A program made the position numbers and the translations under genes. This document shows, in pieces, positions 9,710 to 19,252 of a stretch of 32,000 nt of DNA (position 1 is the first letter of the stretch; each line of letters starts with the position of its first letter). This DNA comes from Chitinispirillum alkaliphilum (GTDB lineage: Bacteria; Fibrobacterota; Chitinivibrionia; Chitinivibrionales; Chitinispirillaceae), in assembly GCA_001045525.1 (NCBI GenBank), contig LDWW01000005.1, forward strand, positions 92,919 to 124,918, read 5' to 3'. Below the pieces are notes generated by a model. The model ran no database searches, was not told the DNA's origin, and saw only the letters and a program-made list of their open reading frames with translations.

Positions 9710-9827
9710 ATTTTTTCTGGAACCTTATGTCTCTGACCCGTGCGGGCCAGGGGCTTTGCAGCACTTAAGAAGCGATGCTTCTTTCCGTTTATTATCTGTC
9801 ACATTTTCCCGGGCCGTATTCATAACT

Positions 9828-12491
9828 ATGAAATCTTCAAAACAAATACGCAGTGAATTTATAGAATTTTTCACCCAGCGAGAACACCTCTTTGTCCCAA
9901 GTGCACCTGTAATACCTCAGGATGATCCCACCCTGCTTTTTACCAACGCGGGTATGAATCAGTTCAAGTCCATTTTTCTCGGCGACAATCCGAGAAAACT
10001 AAAAAGAGCTGCCAACTCCCAGAAATGTATGAGGGTTTCAGGAAAACATAACGATTTGGAAGAAGTGGGACGGGATCACTATCACCATACTTTTTTCGAA
10101 ATGCTTGGGAACTGGTCCTTTGGTGATTACTATAAGAAAGAGGCAATTGTATGGGCATGGAAACTCCTGACAGAGGTGTGGAAACTCCCAAAGGATCGGT
10201 TGTTTGTCACTATACATGAAAGTGACAGCGAAGCTGAAGAGATCTGGAAAAATGAAACAGATATCGCGCATAGCAGGGTGATGCGGTTTGGGGATGAGAG
10301 CAATTTCTGGGAAATGGGAGAAACCGGACCGTGTGGCCCATGTTCAGAAATCCATTTCGATACAGGAGACGAAACCAGCAGGGATAAAACATTCAGTGAT
10401 CCGGTTTTGGGGGTGAATGGGCAAAATGACAGATACCGGGAGTTGTGGAATCTGGTTTTCATTCAGTACAATCGCCAGAAAGATGGTTCGCTAACCTCTT
10501 TGCCTCTGAAGCATGTGGATACCGGGATGGGGTTTGAGCGTATAGTGTCGGTTATTCAGGGCGTAGAGTCAAACTATGATACAGATCTGTTTATGCCCAT
10601 AATAAACAAGCTGGAGTCAATGAGCGGTAAAAAATATGATTGTGGTCCGGGTGGAACACCTTTCAGGGTTATTGCAGATCACATCCGCTCACTTGTTTTC
10701 GCTGTAACTGACGGAGCGTTTCCTTCAAATGAAGGCAGGGGGTATGTGCTGAGAAGATTATTGCGGCGCGCCTATCGCTTTGGACGGGAACTGGGCCTTA
10801 AAGAACCCTTTCTTCATAAACTCGTGCCAACAGTTATAAATGTTATGGGAGAGGCTTATGAAGAGATCTCCCAGCGCAGCTCATACCTTGAGGAGGTTAT
10901 TTTCTCCGAAGAGCAGCGCTTTGATGCCACTCTGGAACAGGGCTTGGAAAAATTTAATCAGATGGTTGAAAACACCACAAAAAAGAAAGAACGCACCCTC
11001 TCAGGCAAAGATGTCTTTGCTCTTTATGACACGTACGGGTTCCCCATGGATCTTACCCGCCTGATGGCGTCCGAAAAAGGTTTGTCCATCGATGAAGCCG
11101 CTTATACAAAGCTTATGGATAAGCAGAAAGAACGGGCACGGGAAGCGCGCAAGGGAGATGAAAGTGGCCTTACTCCTGAAGGCTGGACCGAACTGAAGCC
11201 TGCAACCGGAACCGAGTTTATAGGATACAATCAGTACCAGAGTGATATAAATGTTTGCAGATATAAGAGGGTGGAGGATGAGGAGGGGAAACCTTCTTAT
11301 CTTCTCATAATGGATAAAACACCGTTTTATGCAGAATCCGGAGGTCAGGTTGGCGATAAAGGCTTACTGCGGACCGCTGAAGAAAAGGAACTCAGTGTCA
11401 CCGACACCTTTAAGTGGAATGAACTTGTAATTCACAAGGCTGTTGCCCCATCTCCCCTTTCTCAGGATGAGTTTTCAAAGCCGTTTCATGCTCAGATCGA
11501 TGCCGAGATACGGGCATCGCTCAGACGCAATCATACTGCCACACATCTGCTTCAGTCTGCGCTGCGTCAAGTTTTAGGTGACCATGTTCAGCAGTCCGGA
11601 TCCCGTGTGGATCATAAAGGGCTGCGGTTTGATTTTACTCATTTCAAAGCTCTCGGCAGCGAAGAGATAAAGGCTATAGAGCATCTGGTCAATAACTGGA
11701 TAATGATGGATCTGCCGGTTACAACAGAAATCAGGAGTGTTGAAGAGGCAAAAGCAGAGGGGGCTATCGCACTTTTTGGAGAAAAGTATGGGGATAAAGT
11801 GAGAGTGGTAACAATAGATCCGCTCTCAAAAGAACTCTGCGGAGGAACCCATGTTCCATCGACTGGTCAGATAGGACTGTTTCATCTGGTAAATGAAGAG
11901 AGTGTATCTGCGGGTATAAGGCGTTTGAGTGCGATTACCGGTTCTGAGAGCGTCAGTTACCTTCTGAAAAAGGAATCTCTCTTTTCTGAATTATCATCAC
12001 TTCTCAAAACAGGTGAAAACCGGGTTGTGGACAGGGTCAAAAACCTGCAGGATACCGTTAAGCAGCTGGAATCCAAAATTAAATCCCTCATGGCGGCTCA
12101 GGCATCCCGGTCTGCAGAAGAATTGTTCAGAGAAACGGAGAAAAGCAGTGAGGGATACTCTTTTGCAGTGAGAAATCTCGGTGAGATGGATAAAGATTCC
12201 TTCTCAAGATACTCAGATGCCATTTCAGATTATATAAAGGAGCGTAGTCTCGCTGACAGGGTGATTGTGATAGCTGCAAAAGTGGAAGGCCGCGCCATGT
12301 TGGCCGCTGCAGCGGGTAAGGATGCGGTATCAAAGGGCGTTCATTGTGGCGAGCTGGTAAAGGCTGCTGCAAAATTTACTCAGGGCGGTGGTGGAGGTAA
12401 TCCAGTCAGGGCTCAGGCTGGTGGAAAAAATCCTGCAGGTATAGCAGATGCACTTGAGCAGGCAGAGAAAATCTTATCCAAAAAGGGATGA
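9828..12491 (+). CDS. alaS: Alanine--tRNA ligase
   Basis: Class II AlaRS motifs: FTNAGMNQFK, HHTFFEMLGNWSFGDYYKKEA, the editing-domain HTATHLL...CGGTHV and a C-terminal DHHA1-like GGGGGN tail. The canonical N-terminus MKSSKQIRSEFIEFF starts at 9828. The TTG at 9756 in the track adds 24 non-conserved residues. Confidence 0.97.
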   Translation: MKSSKQIRSEFIEFFTQREHLFVPSAPVIPQDDPTLLFTNAGMNQFKSIFLGDNPRKLKRAANSQKCMRVSGKHNDLEEVGRDHYHHTFFEMLGNWSFGDYYKKEAIVWAWKLLTEVWKLPKDRLFVTIHESDSEAEEIWKNETDIAHSRVMRFGDESNFWEMGETGPCGPCSEIHFDTGDETSRDKTFSDPVLGVNGQNDRYRELWNLVFIQYNRQKDGSLTSLPLKHVDTGMGFERIVSVIQGVESNYDTDLFMPIINKLESMSGKKYDCGPGGTPFRVIADHIRSLVFAVTDGAFPSNEGRGYVLRRLLRRAYRFGRELGLKEPFLHKLVPTVINVMGEAYEEISQRSSYLEEVIFSEEQRFDATLEQGLEKFNQMVENTTKKKERTLSGKDVFALYDTYGFPMDLTRLMASEKGLSIDEAAYTKLMDKQKERAREARKGDESGLTPEGWTELKPATGTEFIGYNQYQSDINVCRYKRVEDEEGKPSYLLIMDKTPFYAESGGQVGDKGLLRTAEEKELSVTDTFKWNELVIHKAVAPSPLSQDEFSKPFHAQIDAEIRASLRRNHTATHLLQSALRQVLGDHVQQSGSRVDHKGLRFDFTHFKALGSEEIKAIEHLVNNWIMMDLPVTTEIRSVEEAKAEGAIALFGEKYGDKVRVVTIDPLSKELCGGTHVPSTGQIGLFHLVNEESVSAGIRRLSAITGSESVSYLLKKESLFSELSSLLKTGENRVVDRVKNLQDTVKQLESKIKSLMAAQASRSAEELFRETEKSSEGYSFAVRNLGEMDKDSFSRYSDAISDYIKERSLADRVIVIAAKVEGRAMLAAAAGKDAVSKGVHCGELVKAAAKFTQGGGGGNPVRAQAGGKNPAGIADALEQAEKILSKKG

Positions 12492-12493
12492 AT

Positions 12494-13249
12494 ATGAAAA
12501 TTGGTTCTTTCCTTCAGTCGGTTCTTGGAAAGTGTTCAGAGAACAAGCGTATGTACTGGGTTTTGCTTGATCCGGATGATTTCACCATAGAAGAGGCCAA
12601 AGAGGTCTCCAGTGAGGCGCAGAGAAACGGTGTCGATGCGATTCTTGTGGGGGGAAGTCTTCTTCATTCAAACCACTTTGACCTCTTCATACAAACACTT
12701 AAACAGTCGGTGAACATTCCGGTGGTCATTTTTCCGGGAGATTCTGCACAGCTTTCTTCTCATGCCGATGCCCTTCTTTATCTTTCCCTGATCTCAGGGC
12801 GAAATCCGGTAAATCTGATCGGTGAACATGTTAAGGCTGCGCCCCTTATAAGACAAACCAAACTGGAGCCTGTAGCCACTGCGTATATGCTGGTTGAGAG
12901 CGGGGCTGTGAGTTCTGTGGAGTTTATGAGCAACACCCGTCCCCTGCCAAGAACAAAACCAACCATAGCTGCTGCTCATGCACTTGCAGCTCAGTATATG
13001 GGAATGAAAGTTGTGTATCTTGAAGCGGGAAGTGGTGCTCCGATGCCTGTTCCTTCTGATATGGTCAAAGCTGTTCGCTCCTATGTGGATATTCCCATAA
13101 TCGTGGGAGGTGGTATCAGAGATGCTGCTACTGCAAGGGAAAAGCTGGAAGCGGGGGCGGATATAATCGTAACCGGCAATATCATTCAACAGAAGAATGG
13201 TATCTCTGTGATGCAGGAGATTGCTTCGATGGTGAAATCTTTTAAATAA
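12494..13249 (+). CDS. Geranylgeranylglyceryl/heptaprenylglyceryl phosphate synthase family protein (GGGPS/PcrB-type TIM-barrel prenyltransferase)
   Basis: Length is ~250 aa. Family-typical strand-end motifs are present: DAILVGGS, IPVVIFPG, ADALLYLSLISGRNP, VVYLEAGSGA, IPIIVGGGIRD and ADIIVTGN. The ATG at 12494 has AAGGG 6 nt upstream. The alternative ATG at 12488 overlaps the alaS stop as ATGA. Confidence 0.75.
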   Translation: MKIGSFLQSVLGKCSENKRMYWVLLDPDDFTIEEAKEVSSEAQRNGVDAILVGGSLLHSNHFDLFIQTLKQSVNIPVVIFPGDSAQLSSHADALLYLSLISGRNPVNLIGEHVKAAPLIRQTKLEPVATAYMLVESGAVSSVEFMSNTRPLPRTKPTIAAAHALAAQYMGMKVVYLEAGSGAPMPVPSDMVKAVRSYVDIPIIVGGGIRDAATAREKLEAGADIIVTGNIIQQKNGISVMQEIASMVKSFK

Positions 13250-13392
13250 GCTCTGCATATTAAAGCTGTTAAAGGTCTGATGGTTCCAAATTTGCTGTAA
13301 CTTTATTCTAATATCTCCCCGTGCTTAAAATTATAATCGGCGGCAGTTTAACCGTAATATTTATAAAGCTAATATTTTCAGAGGGCAGAGTT

Positions 13393-14241
13393 ATGAATAC
13401 TACTATAATGATTACGGATTCAACCGGAGCTCTTGAGAGAGAGATAGTTTCTCAGATCATTAACACTGGCAACTGTGTCAGAATCGCCGCAAAACATGTG
13501 CTCGAGGCAGAAAAATTTGCTGAGGAGTGCCCTGTTGTTCACCTCGACTTCAATAACCCCGACACCTATGGTAAAGCGCTGGAAAATGTAGACTCGATTT
13601 TTCTGGGTTTACCCATGAACCAACCCCAACAGCATGAAATTATCCTGCCCTTTATAGAAATCGCAAAACAGCGGGGTGTGAAGCATATAGTGGGAATGGG
13701 TACAGTGGGGGAAAGTGATGATTCGCCTTTGATGATTGCCGAAAGGTGTATGCAGAATTGTGGCCTGAATTACACTATTATCCGCCCAAACATCTCGATG
13801 CAGAGTCTAAAGGACATGATTGGCGAAGGTGTGCGGAGGGATTCTGCGATCTACCTGCCGGGTAACGGGGCAAAAATATCCCTTGTCGACTCAAGAGACA
13901 TTGCCGAAGCAGTGGCAAAAATTCTCCTAAACGGAAAACACTCAGATAAAATCTACGTGTTTACGGGCGCAGCTGCCCTCAGTGCCAGTGAGATAGCTTC
14001 CATATTGTCAGAGGTAACAGAACGTGAGATTGTGTATAAACCAGTTTCACATAATCAGGAATGGCAAATGCTTCTTGACAGAGGGTGGGATGAGGTGAAT
14101 ATCGAACTAAGCATCGGTCTGTATGAAATCGCACGTCATGGATGGTGTGAAAAAGTAACCCCCGATCTCAGAGATGTACTTGGCAGGGAACCTGTCTCAT
14201 TTAAAAAATTCGCAAGAGATTTCAAAAATGACTGGTTCTGA
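13393..14241 (+). CDS. NmrA-like / atypical SDR family protein (NAD(P)-binding Rossmann-like fold)
   Basis: ~282 aa with NmrA-like collinearity: N-terminal beta-strand IMITDSTGALEREIV, HIVGMG, YTIIRPN, and a C-terminal segment ending in a lid. The ATG at 13393 follows GAGGG. The GTG at 13321 in the track adds a hydrophobic 24-aa extension that I consider unlikely. Confidence 0.6.
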   Translation: MNTTIMITDSTGALEREIVSQIINTGNCVRIAAKHVLEAEKFAEECPVVHLDFNNPDTYGKALENVDSIFLGLPMNQPQQHEIILPFIEIAKQRGVKHIVGMGTVGESDDSPLMIAERCMQNCGLNYTIIRPNISMQSLKDMIGEGVRRDSAIYLPGNGAKISLVDSRDIAEAVAKILLNGKHSDKIYVFTGAAALSASEIASILSEVTEREIVYKPVSHNQEWQMLLDRGWDEVNIELSIGLYEIARHGWCEKVTPDLRDVLGREPVSFKKFARDFKNDWF

Positions 14242-14255
14242 TTGTGAGAGTTGTG

Positions 14256-15062
14256 TTAAGACAAATCTCTTTTCAGAGGTATCCCTATACTTGCGGTACA
14301 ACCCGGTGATTCAATATTGTTGCTGAGATAGAGATGCCCCTTGTGAGTTTCAATTATATGACGGGCTATACCCAGACCCAGCCCGGTACCCGATTTCCTG
14401 GTTGTGAAGAATGGCTCGAAAGCCCTGCTTTTTATCTCCTCCGTTACTCCTACACCCTGGTCAATTACATAAAGATGAACCATCTTTTCATCTTTTTCCA
14501 CGATTAAAGAAATTTCCTCGCCATAATGACTGTGTAAACTGGAGTTTTCAAACAGATTGACCAACACCTGCTGAATCCTGATATAATCCCCATGTATCAT
14601 GAGTTCAGCACCATCTGATCTGTTAATAAAATTCACCGAAGATGAACCGGCAGTTGGGGCCTTGTTCCAAAAATCAACTGTGGCAGCGCACAGGAAAACA
14701 AGATCAATTTCAATATGGTTTGCCTGATTCTCCGGCTTGCCCAATTCTATGAGGTCTTTCATGAGCCGGTTGATCCGGTCAACCTGAGTATTTATATACG
14801 TCTGATATTGTTCAAGAATTTCGGTTTTTTCAATATCCTGAAAAAGAGCTTCCAGTAAAGCGGTTATGGCATTGAGAGGGTTTCTGATTTCGTGGGCAAA
14901 ACCCGATACAAGCGGTGCAAGCACTTTTATCTCCTGTTCATTGGGTCGGAGATGCTCCATTTTACATTTCAGGTTGTCTTTAAGGAGCTCTAATTCTTCG
15001 AGCAGTTTATATTGATTATAGAGTACTTTGTCTATAGATTCGGGGGATGAGTTTTTATCCAT
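14256..15062 (-). CDS. Histidine kinase, short cytoplasmic form (coiled-coil + HisKA + HATPase_c, no sensor domain or TM)
   Basis: H-box FAHEIRNPLNAI, N-box VLVNLFENSSLHS, G1 DQGVGV and G2 GTGLGLGIARHIIETHKG. Only ~50 coiled-coil residues precede the H-box. Confidence 0.85.
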   Translation of the reverse strand: MDKNSSPESIDKVLYNQYKLLEELELLKDNLKCKMEHLRPNEQEIKVLAPLVSGFAHEIRNPLNAITALLEALFQDIEKTEILEQYQTYINTQVDRINRLMKDLIELGKPENQANHIEIDLVFLCAATVDFWNKAPTAGSSSVNFINRSDGAELMIHGDYIRIQQVLVNLFENSSLHSHYGEEISLIVEKDEKMVHLYVIDQGVGVTEEIKSRAFEPFFTTRKSGTGLGLGIARHIIETHKGHLYLSNNIESPGCTASIGIPLKRDLS

Positions 15063-15242
15063 TTTTTTTATATTTGATAAGGTGTTAAGGGTTTAAATTG
15101 CTAAATATAAATAACCTTGCTTCTTTGTGTAAACAAAATGACATAATATTTTACAACAGTCATTGGGATTTGGTTTTTTGGAAAAAAAATTCTATCACAA
15201 CCAGACTACAAGTCCCTCAAATCAAAGCAGGAAAACATGGGT

Positions 15243-16853
15243 TTACAACACATTTTCTGCTTCTTCAGTATCGGGGAGTAATTCTTTTTTTCTAATTTTG
15301 CCGTTGTTTGATTTTGGCAGGAAATTTCTGATTTCGATTTGACCAGGTACCCTTGATCGTTCAAGTCTCTCTGAGCAGAATTTTTTCAGTTCATCCGGGG
15401 AGATTTCCCTGCCTTTTTCAAACACTACAAACGCCTTTATGCCGTTTCCAAGGATTTTATCGGGCACACCCACAACTGCAGCTTCCGTTACACCCGGACA
15501 TTCGTAAATTACATCCTCAATTTCTTTTGGGCTTACTCTCTCTCCTCCACTTTTAATCACATCATCTTTTCTGGAAATGAAATAGAGAAATCCCTCCTGA
15601 TCCATTTTAAACAGATCCCGGCTATAAAGGATCATCTCCTGAGGATATATACCCGGTTTAAGCACCTGGGCTGTTTCTTTAGGCTTGTTCCAATACCCTT
15701 TCATCACATGGGCCCCTCTGATAACCAGTTCACCGGGCACGCCCGCTTTTTCAATCTTCTTGCCCTGATCATCCACAAGCCACACTTCGGTGTTTGGCAT
15801 TGCCTTACCTACAGAGAGGGGACGTCTTCCTATTTCCTCGGGAGGGAGATAGGAAACTCTTTTGCATTCTGTTAAGCCGTACATTGAAAAGACTGACGCT
15901 CTCGGGAAATATTTCGAAAGGCCTGAGATATGAGAGGGCGCAAGAGCCTGACCCGTGTTGGTTATGTAACGAACAGAAGAAAGATTGTAGGAGCTTAGAT
16001 TATTCATTCCCAAAATGAGGGATGCCATAGCGGGCACAATCGGCAATCCAGTAATTTTTTCCTTAATAATAGTTTCTATTGCCTTAAATGGATATACGAA
16101 AGATTTTTCAAGTACGACTGTGCCACCAAAACTGACTGCCATAAGGACCTGATAGAGACCGTAGTCAAAAGAGAGGGGGAGGTAGTTCAGAATAACATCT
16201 TCCGGTGTGTTTTGTAAATAGCGTGTGATTGATTTAACCGCGGTAACCATGTTGAGATGGGTAAGCATAACGCCTTTAGGCTCACCTGTAGAACCGGAAG
16301 TGTAGGTAAGTGAAGCAAGGTCTATATCTATGGAGGTGTTGTGGGGTTGCCCCTGTTTGCTTTGGGGGGCAACCACATGATCAAAAGGTAAAATCTCTGT
16401 GTTTTCGGTTTCTGAAAAAAAAGTGTCCGTTTCTTGGCTCACTTCTGGCTGTAAAGTTTTGTAATCGGTGATGATTATTCTTAAGAGGTTTTCGCCAGGG
16501 TTGATACCTTTTTCTGAATAGTTCCCGGCGAGTGATTTATCGGTCACTAAAAACAAGATATTGCAATCGTTAAGAATGTAGTTGACTTTTTTGCTCTTGG
16601 CCTGGGGGTTTATAACGACAAAAACCCCGGAAGCCTTAAGGGTGCCGAAAATAGAGATCACTGCTTCAAGTGAGTTTTCCAAATATATACCTACCCTGTC
16701 CTGCTTTTGTAATCCTGCGGCTATAAGGTAGTGAGCAAAGTTGTTTGCCATATTGTTGAGCTGGTGATAATTCACTTTTCTGCCATTGTGTACGATGGCT
16801 GTTTTGTTGGGGTATAGGTTTGCACTCGCGTTCAGAAAATCAGAAAGTAACAT
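15243..16853 (-). CDS. AMP-dependent synthetase/ligase (acyl-CoA synthetase / adenylate-forming superfamily)
   Basis: Core motifs YTSGSTGEPKGV, YGLTE, the GELVIRG...GYW region, DLF..DQEGFLYFISRKDDVIKSGGERVSPKEIE and C-terminal NGKIRKKEL. GAGGAG sits 6 nt before the ATG at 16853. The track's 16859 ATG directly abuts that SD. Confidence 0.85.
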   Translation of the reverse strand: MLLSDFLNASANLYPNKTAIVHNGRKVNYHQLNNMANNFAHYLIAAGLQKQDRVGIYLENSLEAVISIFGTLKASGVFVVINPQAKSKKVNYILNDCNILFLVTDKSLAGNYSEKGINPGENLLRIIITDYKTLQPEVSQETDTFFSETENTEILPFDHVVAPQSKQGQPHNTSIDIDLASLTYTSGSTGEPKGVMLTHLNMVTAVKSITRYLQNTPEDVILNYLPLSFDYGLYQVLMAVSFGGTVVLEKSFVYPFKAIETIIKEKITGLPIVPAMASLILGMNNLSSYNLSSVRYITNTGQALAPSHISGLSKYFPRASVFSMYGLTECKRVSYLPPEEIGRRPLSVGKAMPNTEVWLVDDQGKKIEKAGVPGELVIRGAHVMKGYWNKPKETAQVLKPGIYPQEMILYSRDLFKMDQEGFLYFISRKDDVIKSGGERVSPKEIEDVIYECPGVTEAAVVGVPDKILGNGIKAFVVFEKGREISPDELKKFCSERLERSRVPGQIEIRNFLPKSNNGKIRKKELLPDTEEAENVL

Positions 16854-17197
16854 GCTCATCTCCTCATAGGCTGATTTTTCGGGCTAAACCCATTCAAAAG
16901 CTAATTCAATGCCAAAGGCAGGCAGAAAAAAACTGATAATCTGTTCTGGAGAAACTGGTGTTGTGGTGCTGTCCACCGGGCAGCTTACAAATGTCATAGA
17001 AACAAACGGTCTGTTTTACAAAGGGGGCCGGAACTAAAATTCTCTGCGACAGCAGAAGATCATTTCCCGCCTGAACAGCAAAGAGTAGAATTCTATAAAC
17101 GATGTGGAGCTGTTAAATAGTAAGCGCTTGTATTTTTGGTGTGCTTGTGGGTAATAGATGGTTCTGATCTCTTGGTGTTAAGTACGGGTATATTTTT

Positions 17198-17677
17198 CTA
17201 TCTGCTCAGGTAATGTGCAAGAAGAAAAAGTACCGGCATCGCCAATCCTGCATGTAATAAAAGATCTCTGAGGAACAGGTTTTTGGATTTCATTTTCATG
17301 TAGTCGGCAGTGCGTTTGATGGTTATTATCAGATCTTCAATTTTGTAGGGAATATCCACAATCTCATAGATGCCGTCATCTATGTAGGAGTAGGCGGTTA
17401 CTTCCCTGGTGCCGTTGGAGAAAATCAGGACTCCGGGGGTACGGTGAGCCATTTTGAAAAACTGTATAAGCCTGTGGGGATATCGGGGCAGCAGATCAGC
17501 TTCAATAAGAAAAAGCGAATGACGATGAGTCATAAATAGCCGCATTGCATCGATTCTGCTTGTCGCAATATCTACATTATACCCAAGTTCAGGAAGCAGG
17601 GCGTTTAGAGTGTAGCGCAAAGATAAGTCTTTAGCTACAATTATACAGCGGGGCTTTGATACATTTCTTGAGTTCAT
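17198..17677 (-). CDS. Receiver(REC)-like single-domain protein with a C-terminal transmembrane tail
   Basis: CheY-like (beta-alpha)5 pattern: CIIVAKD, SLFLIEADLLP, GVLIFSNG and VDIPYKIEDL. The acidic pocket is partly degenerate (AKD for DDD). The last ~22 residues are hydrophobic (LLLHAGLAMPVLFLLAHYL). It lies 30 bp downstream of, and is co-oriented with, the GT4 gene. Confidence 0.5.
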   Translation of the reverse strand: MNSRNVSKPRCIIVAKDLSLRYTLNALLPELGYNVDIATSRIDAMRLFMTHRHSLFLIEADLLPRYPHRLIQFFKMAHRTPGVLIFSNGTREVTAYSYIDDGIYEIVDIPYKIEDLIITIKRTADYMKMKSKNLFLRDLLLHAGLAMPVLFLLAHYLSR

Positions 17678-17707
17678 GCGTTTTTCTTCCGTACTTGCCT
17701 GAATTGT

Positions 17708-19252
17708 TTACTTGGTGCTAATTGTTCTGGTATCACCGTGGTAAAATTTCTTTTTGTTTTGAAGAGAGATGTGCTGCATTTCACGGATAAGCTCTTTAAG
17801 AGTTTTGTTTCTCTCTTTCTTTTTAAGGGAGCCGTTTTTATAGATCTCAAGCATCGCAAGTTTTGAATTGGTTTCTGCGGTTACCAGAAACACCGGTCCT
17901 TTGACATTATAGGCCAGAAGTTCTGCCTTGGCAAGATCGTTTGTGTGATTTTCAGCAGAGCTGCGTATAACTGCCCCGTGAAGATGTTCGCTTATTTTCT
18001 GCGGTACATTCTCTGTTATGGGAAAGAAAACCACATCCCCTCTTCTTTCCTTTTCCAGAACATGGGACAGTACACCCTCCTTGTCGATAACTCCAATCAC
18101 GGAAGGTCTCTTGAATCCGGAATAGCGCGAATTGCTGATTTTGAGGGCTTTTTTAAATCTGCCGCCAAATCCCAGGCGGTTTAAAAGCAGTATAACCGGA
18201 ACAGCAAGGTAGAGAGTGAACGGAAGGACCGCGTATAGGGGTAAAAACATCAAAAGAACAGCACCACAACAGAGTGTGAGAGCTGTTATCGACAGAATCA
18301 GTGCTGACTGAAAGTGATCGAACCCTTTGAACATAAATCTGTGATGCATATGAGAGTTATCTGCTGCTCCCATACTGCGAATCCTGTAGAGAAAGGGTTT
18401 CTGCCTGTCCTTGGCTTTATAGTAGCGTCTGACAATTGTAACCAAAACTTCAACAATTGGTACCCCTGCAATTAAGGGCATGATCAGAACCGAGCGTGGA
18501 CCTGTGACTTCACGGGCAAGATGGAGTGAGATGATTGCAATCATCCCCCCTAAGAAAAGCGACCCTGTATCGCCCATAAATATTTTTGCAGGCGGTTTGT
18601 TGAAAAGAAGAAAACCGACTATCGCTCCGGACAAAATAAGGCAAAGGGACATCATTGCAAAATTCCCGCCTATGCCTGCGATCAGAGCAAGGGTAAAAAT
18701 CGCAATGAGAGAAATACCTCCGGCTAAACCGTCGATTCCATCTATGATATTAAAAGCGTTAATCAGGCCAAGAATCCAGAAAACAGAAATTATCTGGCTT
18801 GCCCACAGGGGGATAACAAAAAGGTCCAATACAGATAAAGGTCCGGGGTGTATTCCAAAGAGATACACCGTACCGACAGCCAAAAGAAGTTCAATAGAGA
18901 TCTTGTGCCGCACTCGAACATCGAAAAAAATGCTGTCATCGAAAAAACCGAATATCCCAATTACCCCCGCAGCGATAAAAAGAGCCCACACTGCTGCAGT
19001 GCTGATACCCGTCTCACTTTGAGATAAATGATTCAGGCCAAGCCAGCAAAGTGAGATCAGGATAAAGGAGAGAATTATGGCTATTCCCCCAACCCGGGGA
19101 ATCGGTTTTGAGTGAACTTTTCTGTGGTCCGGTTTGTCACTGAAAACACCAACCAGAGAGGTTTTCAGCACAATGCGCAAAAGAAAATTCGACAGCAAAC
19201 AGGAAACTGCAAAATATAGTAGAAATTCTATTGAAGAATATTGGGCGTTCAT
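17708..19252 (-). CDS. Polyprenyl-phosphate N-acetylhexosamine-1-phosphate transferase family protein (glycosyltransferase family 4, WecA/MraY-like) with ~150-aa C-terminal cytoplasmic extension
   Basis: About 10 TM segments with GT4 signatures: FFDDSIFFD, NAFNIIDGIDGLAGG, FMGDTGSLFLG and HHRF. After the last TM there is a soluble tail (RPSVIGVIDKEG...KNGSLKKKERNK...) that I could not assign. Confidence 0.85.
   Translation of the reverse strand: MNAQYSSIEFLLYFAVSCLLSNFLLRIVLKTSLVGVFSDKPDHRKVHSKPIPRVGGIAIILSFILISLCWLGLNHLSQSETGISTAAVWALFIAAGVIGIFGFFDDSIFFDVRVRHKISIELLLAVGTVYLFGIHPGPLSVLDLFVIPLWASQIISVFWILGLINAFNIIDGIDGLAGGISLIAIFTLALIAGIGGNFAMMSLCLILSGAIVGFLLFNKPPAKIFMGDTGSLFLGGMIAIISLHLAREVTGPRSVLIMPLIAGVPIVEVLVTIVRRYYKAKDRQKPFLYRIRSMGAADNSHMHHRFMFKGFDHFQSALILSITALTLCCGAVLLMFLPLYAVLPFTLYLAVPVILLLNRLGFGGRFKKALKISNSRYSGFKRPSVIGVIDKEGVLSHVLEKERRGDVVFFPITENVPQKISEHLHGAVIRSSAENHTNDLAKAELLAYNVKGPVFLVTAETNSKLAMLEIYKNGSLKKKERNKTLKELIREMQHISLQNKKKFYHGDTRTISTK

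Noticed and set aside
9733-9782. Hairpins between recA and alaS (CCCG-tg-CGGG at about 9736-9745; AGAAGC-gat-GCTTCT at 9768-9782) as a recA terminator
   Set aside because: The stems are short (4-6 bp). Only the second is followed by a modestly T-rich stretch. I could not distinguish a terminator or attenuator from chance, so it is not reported as a feature.
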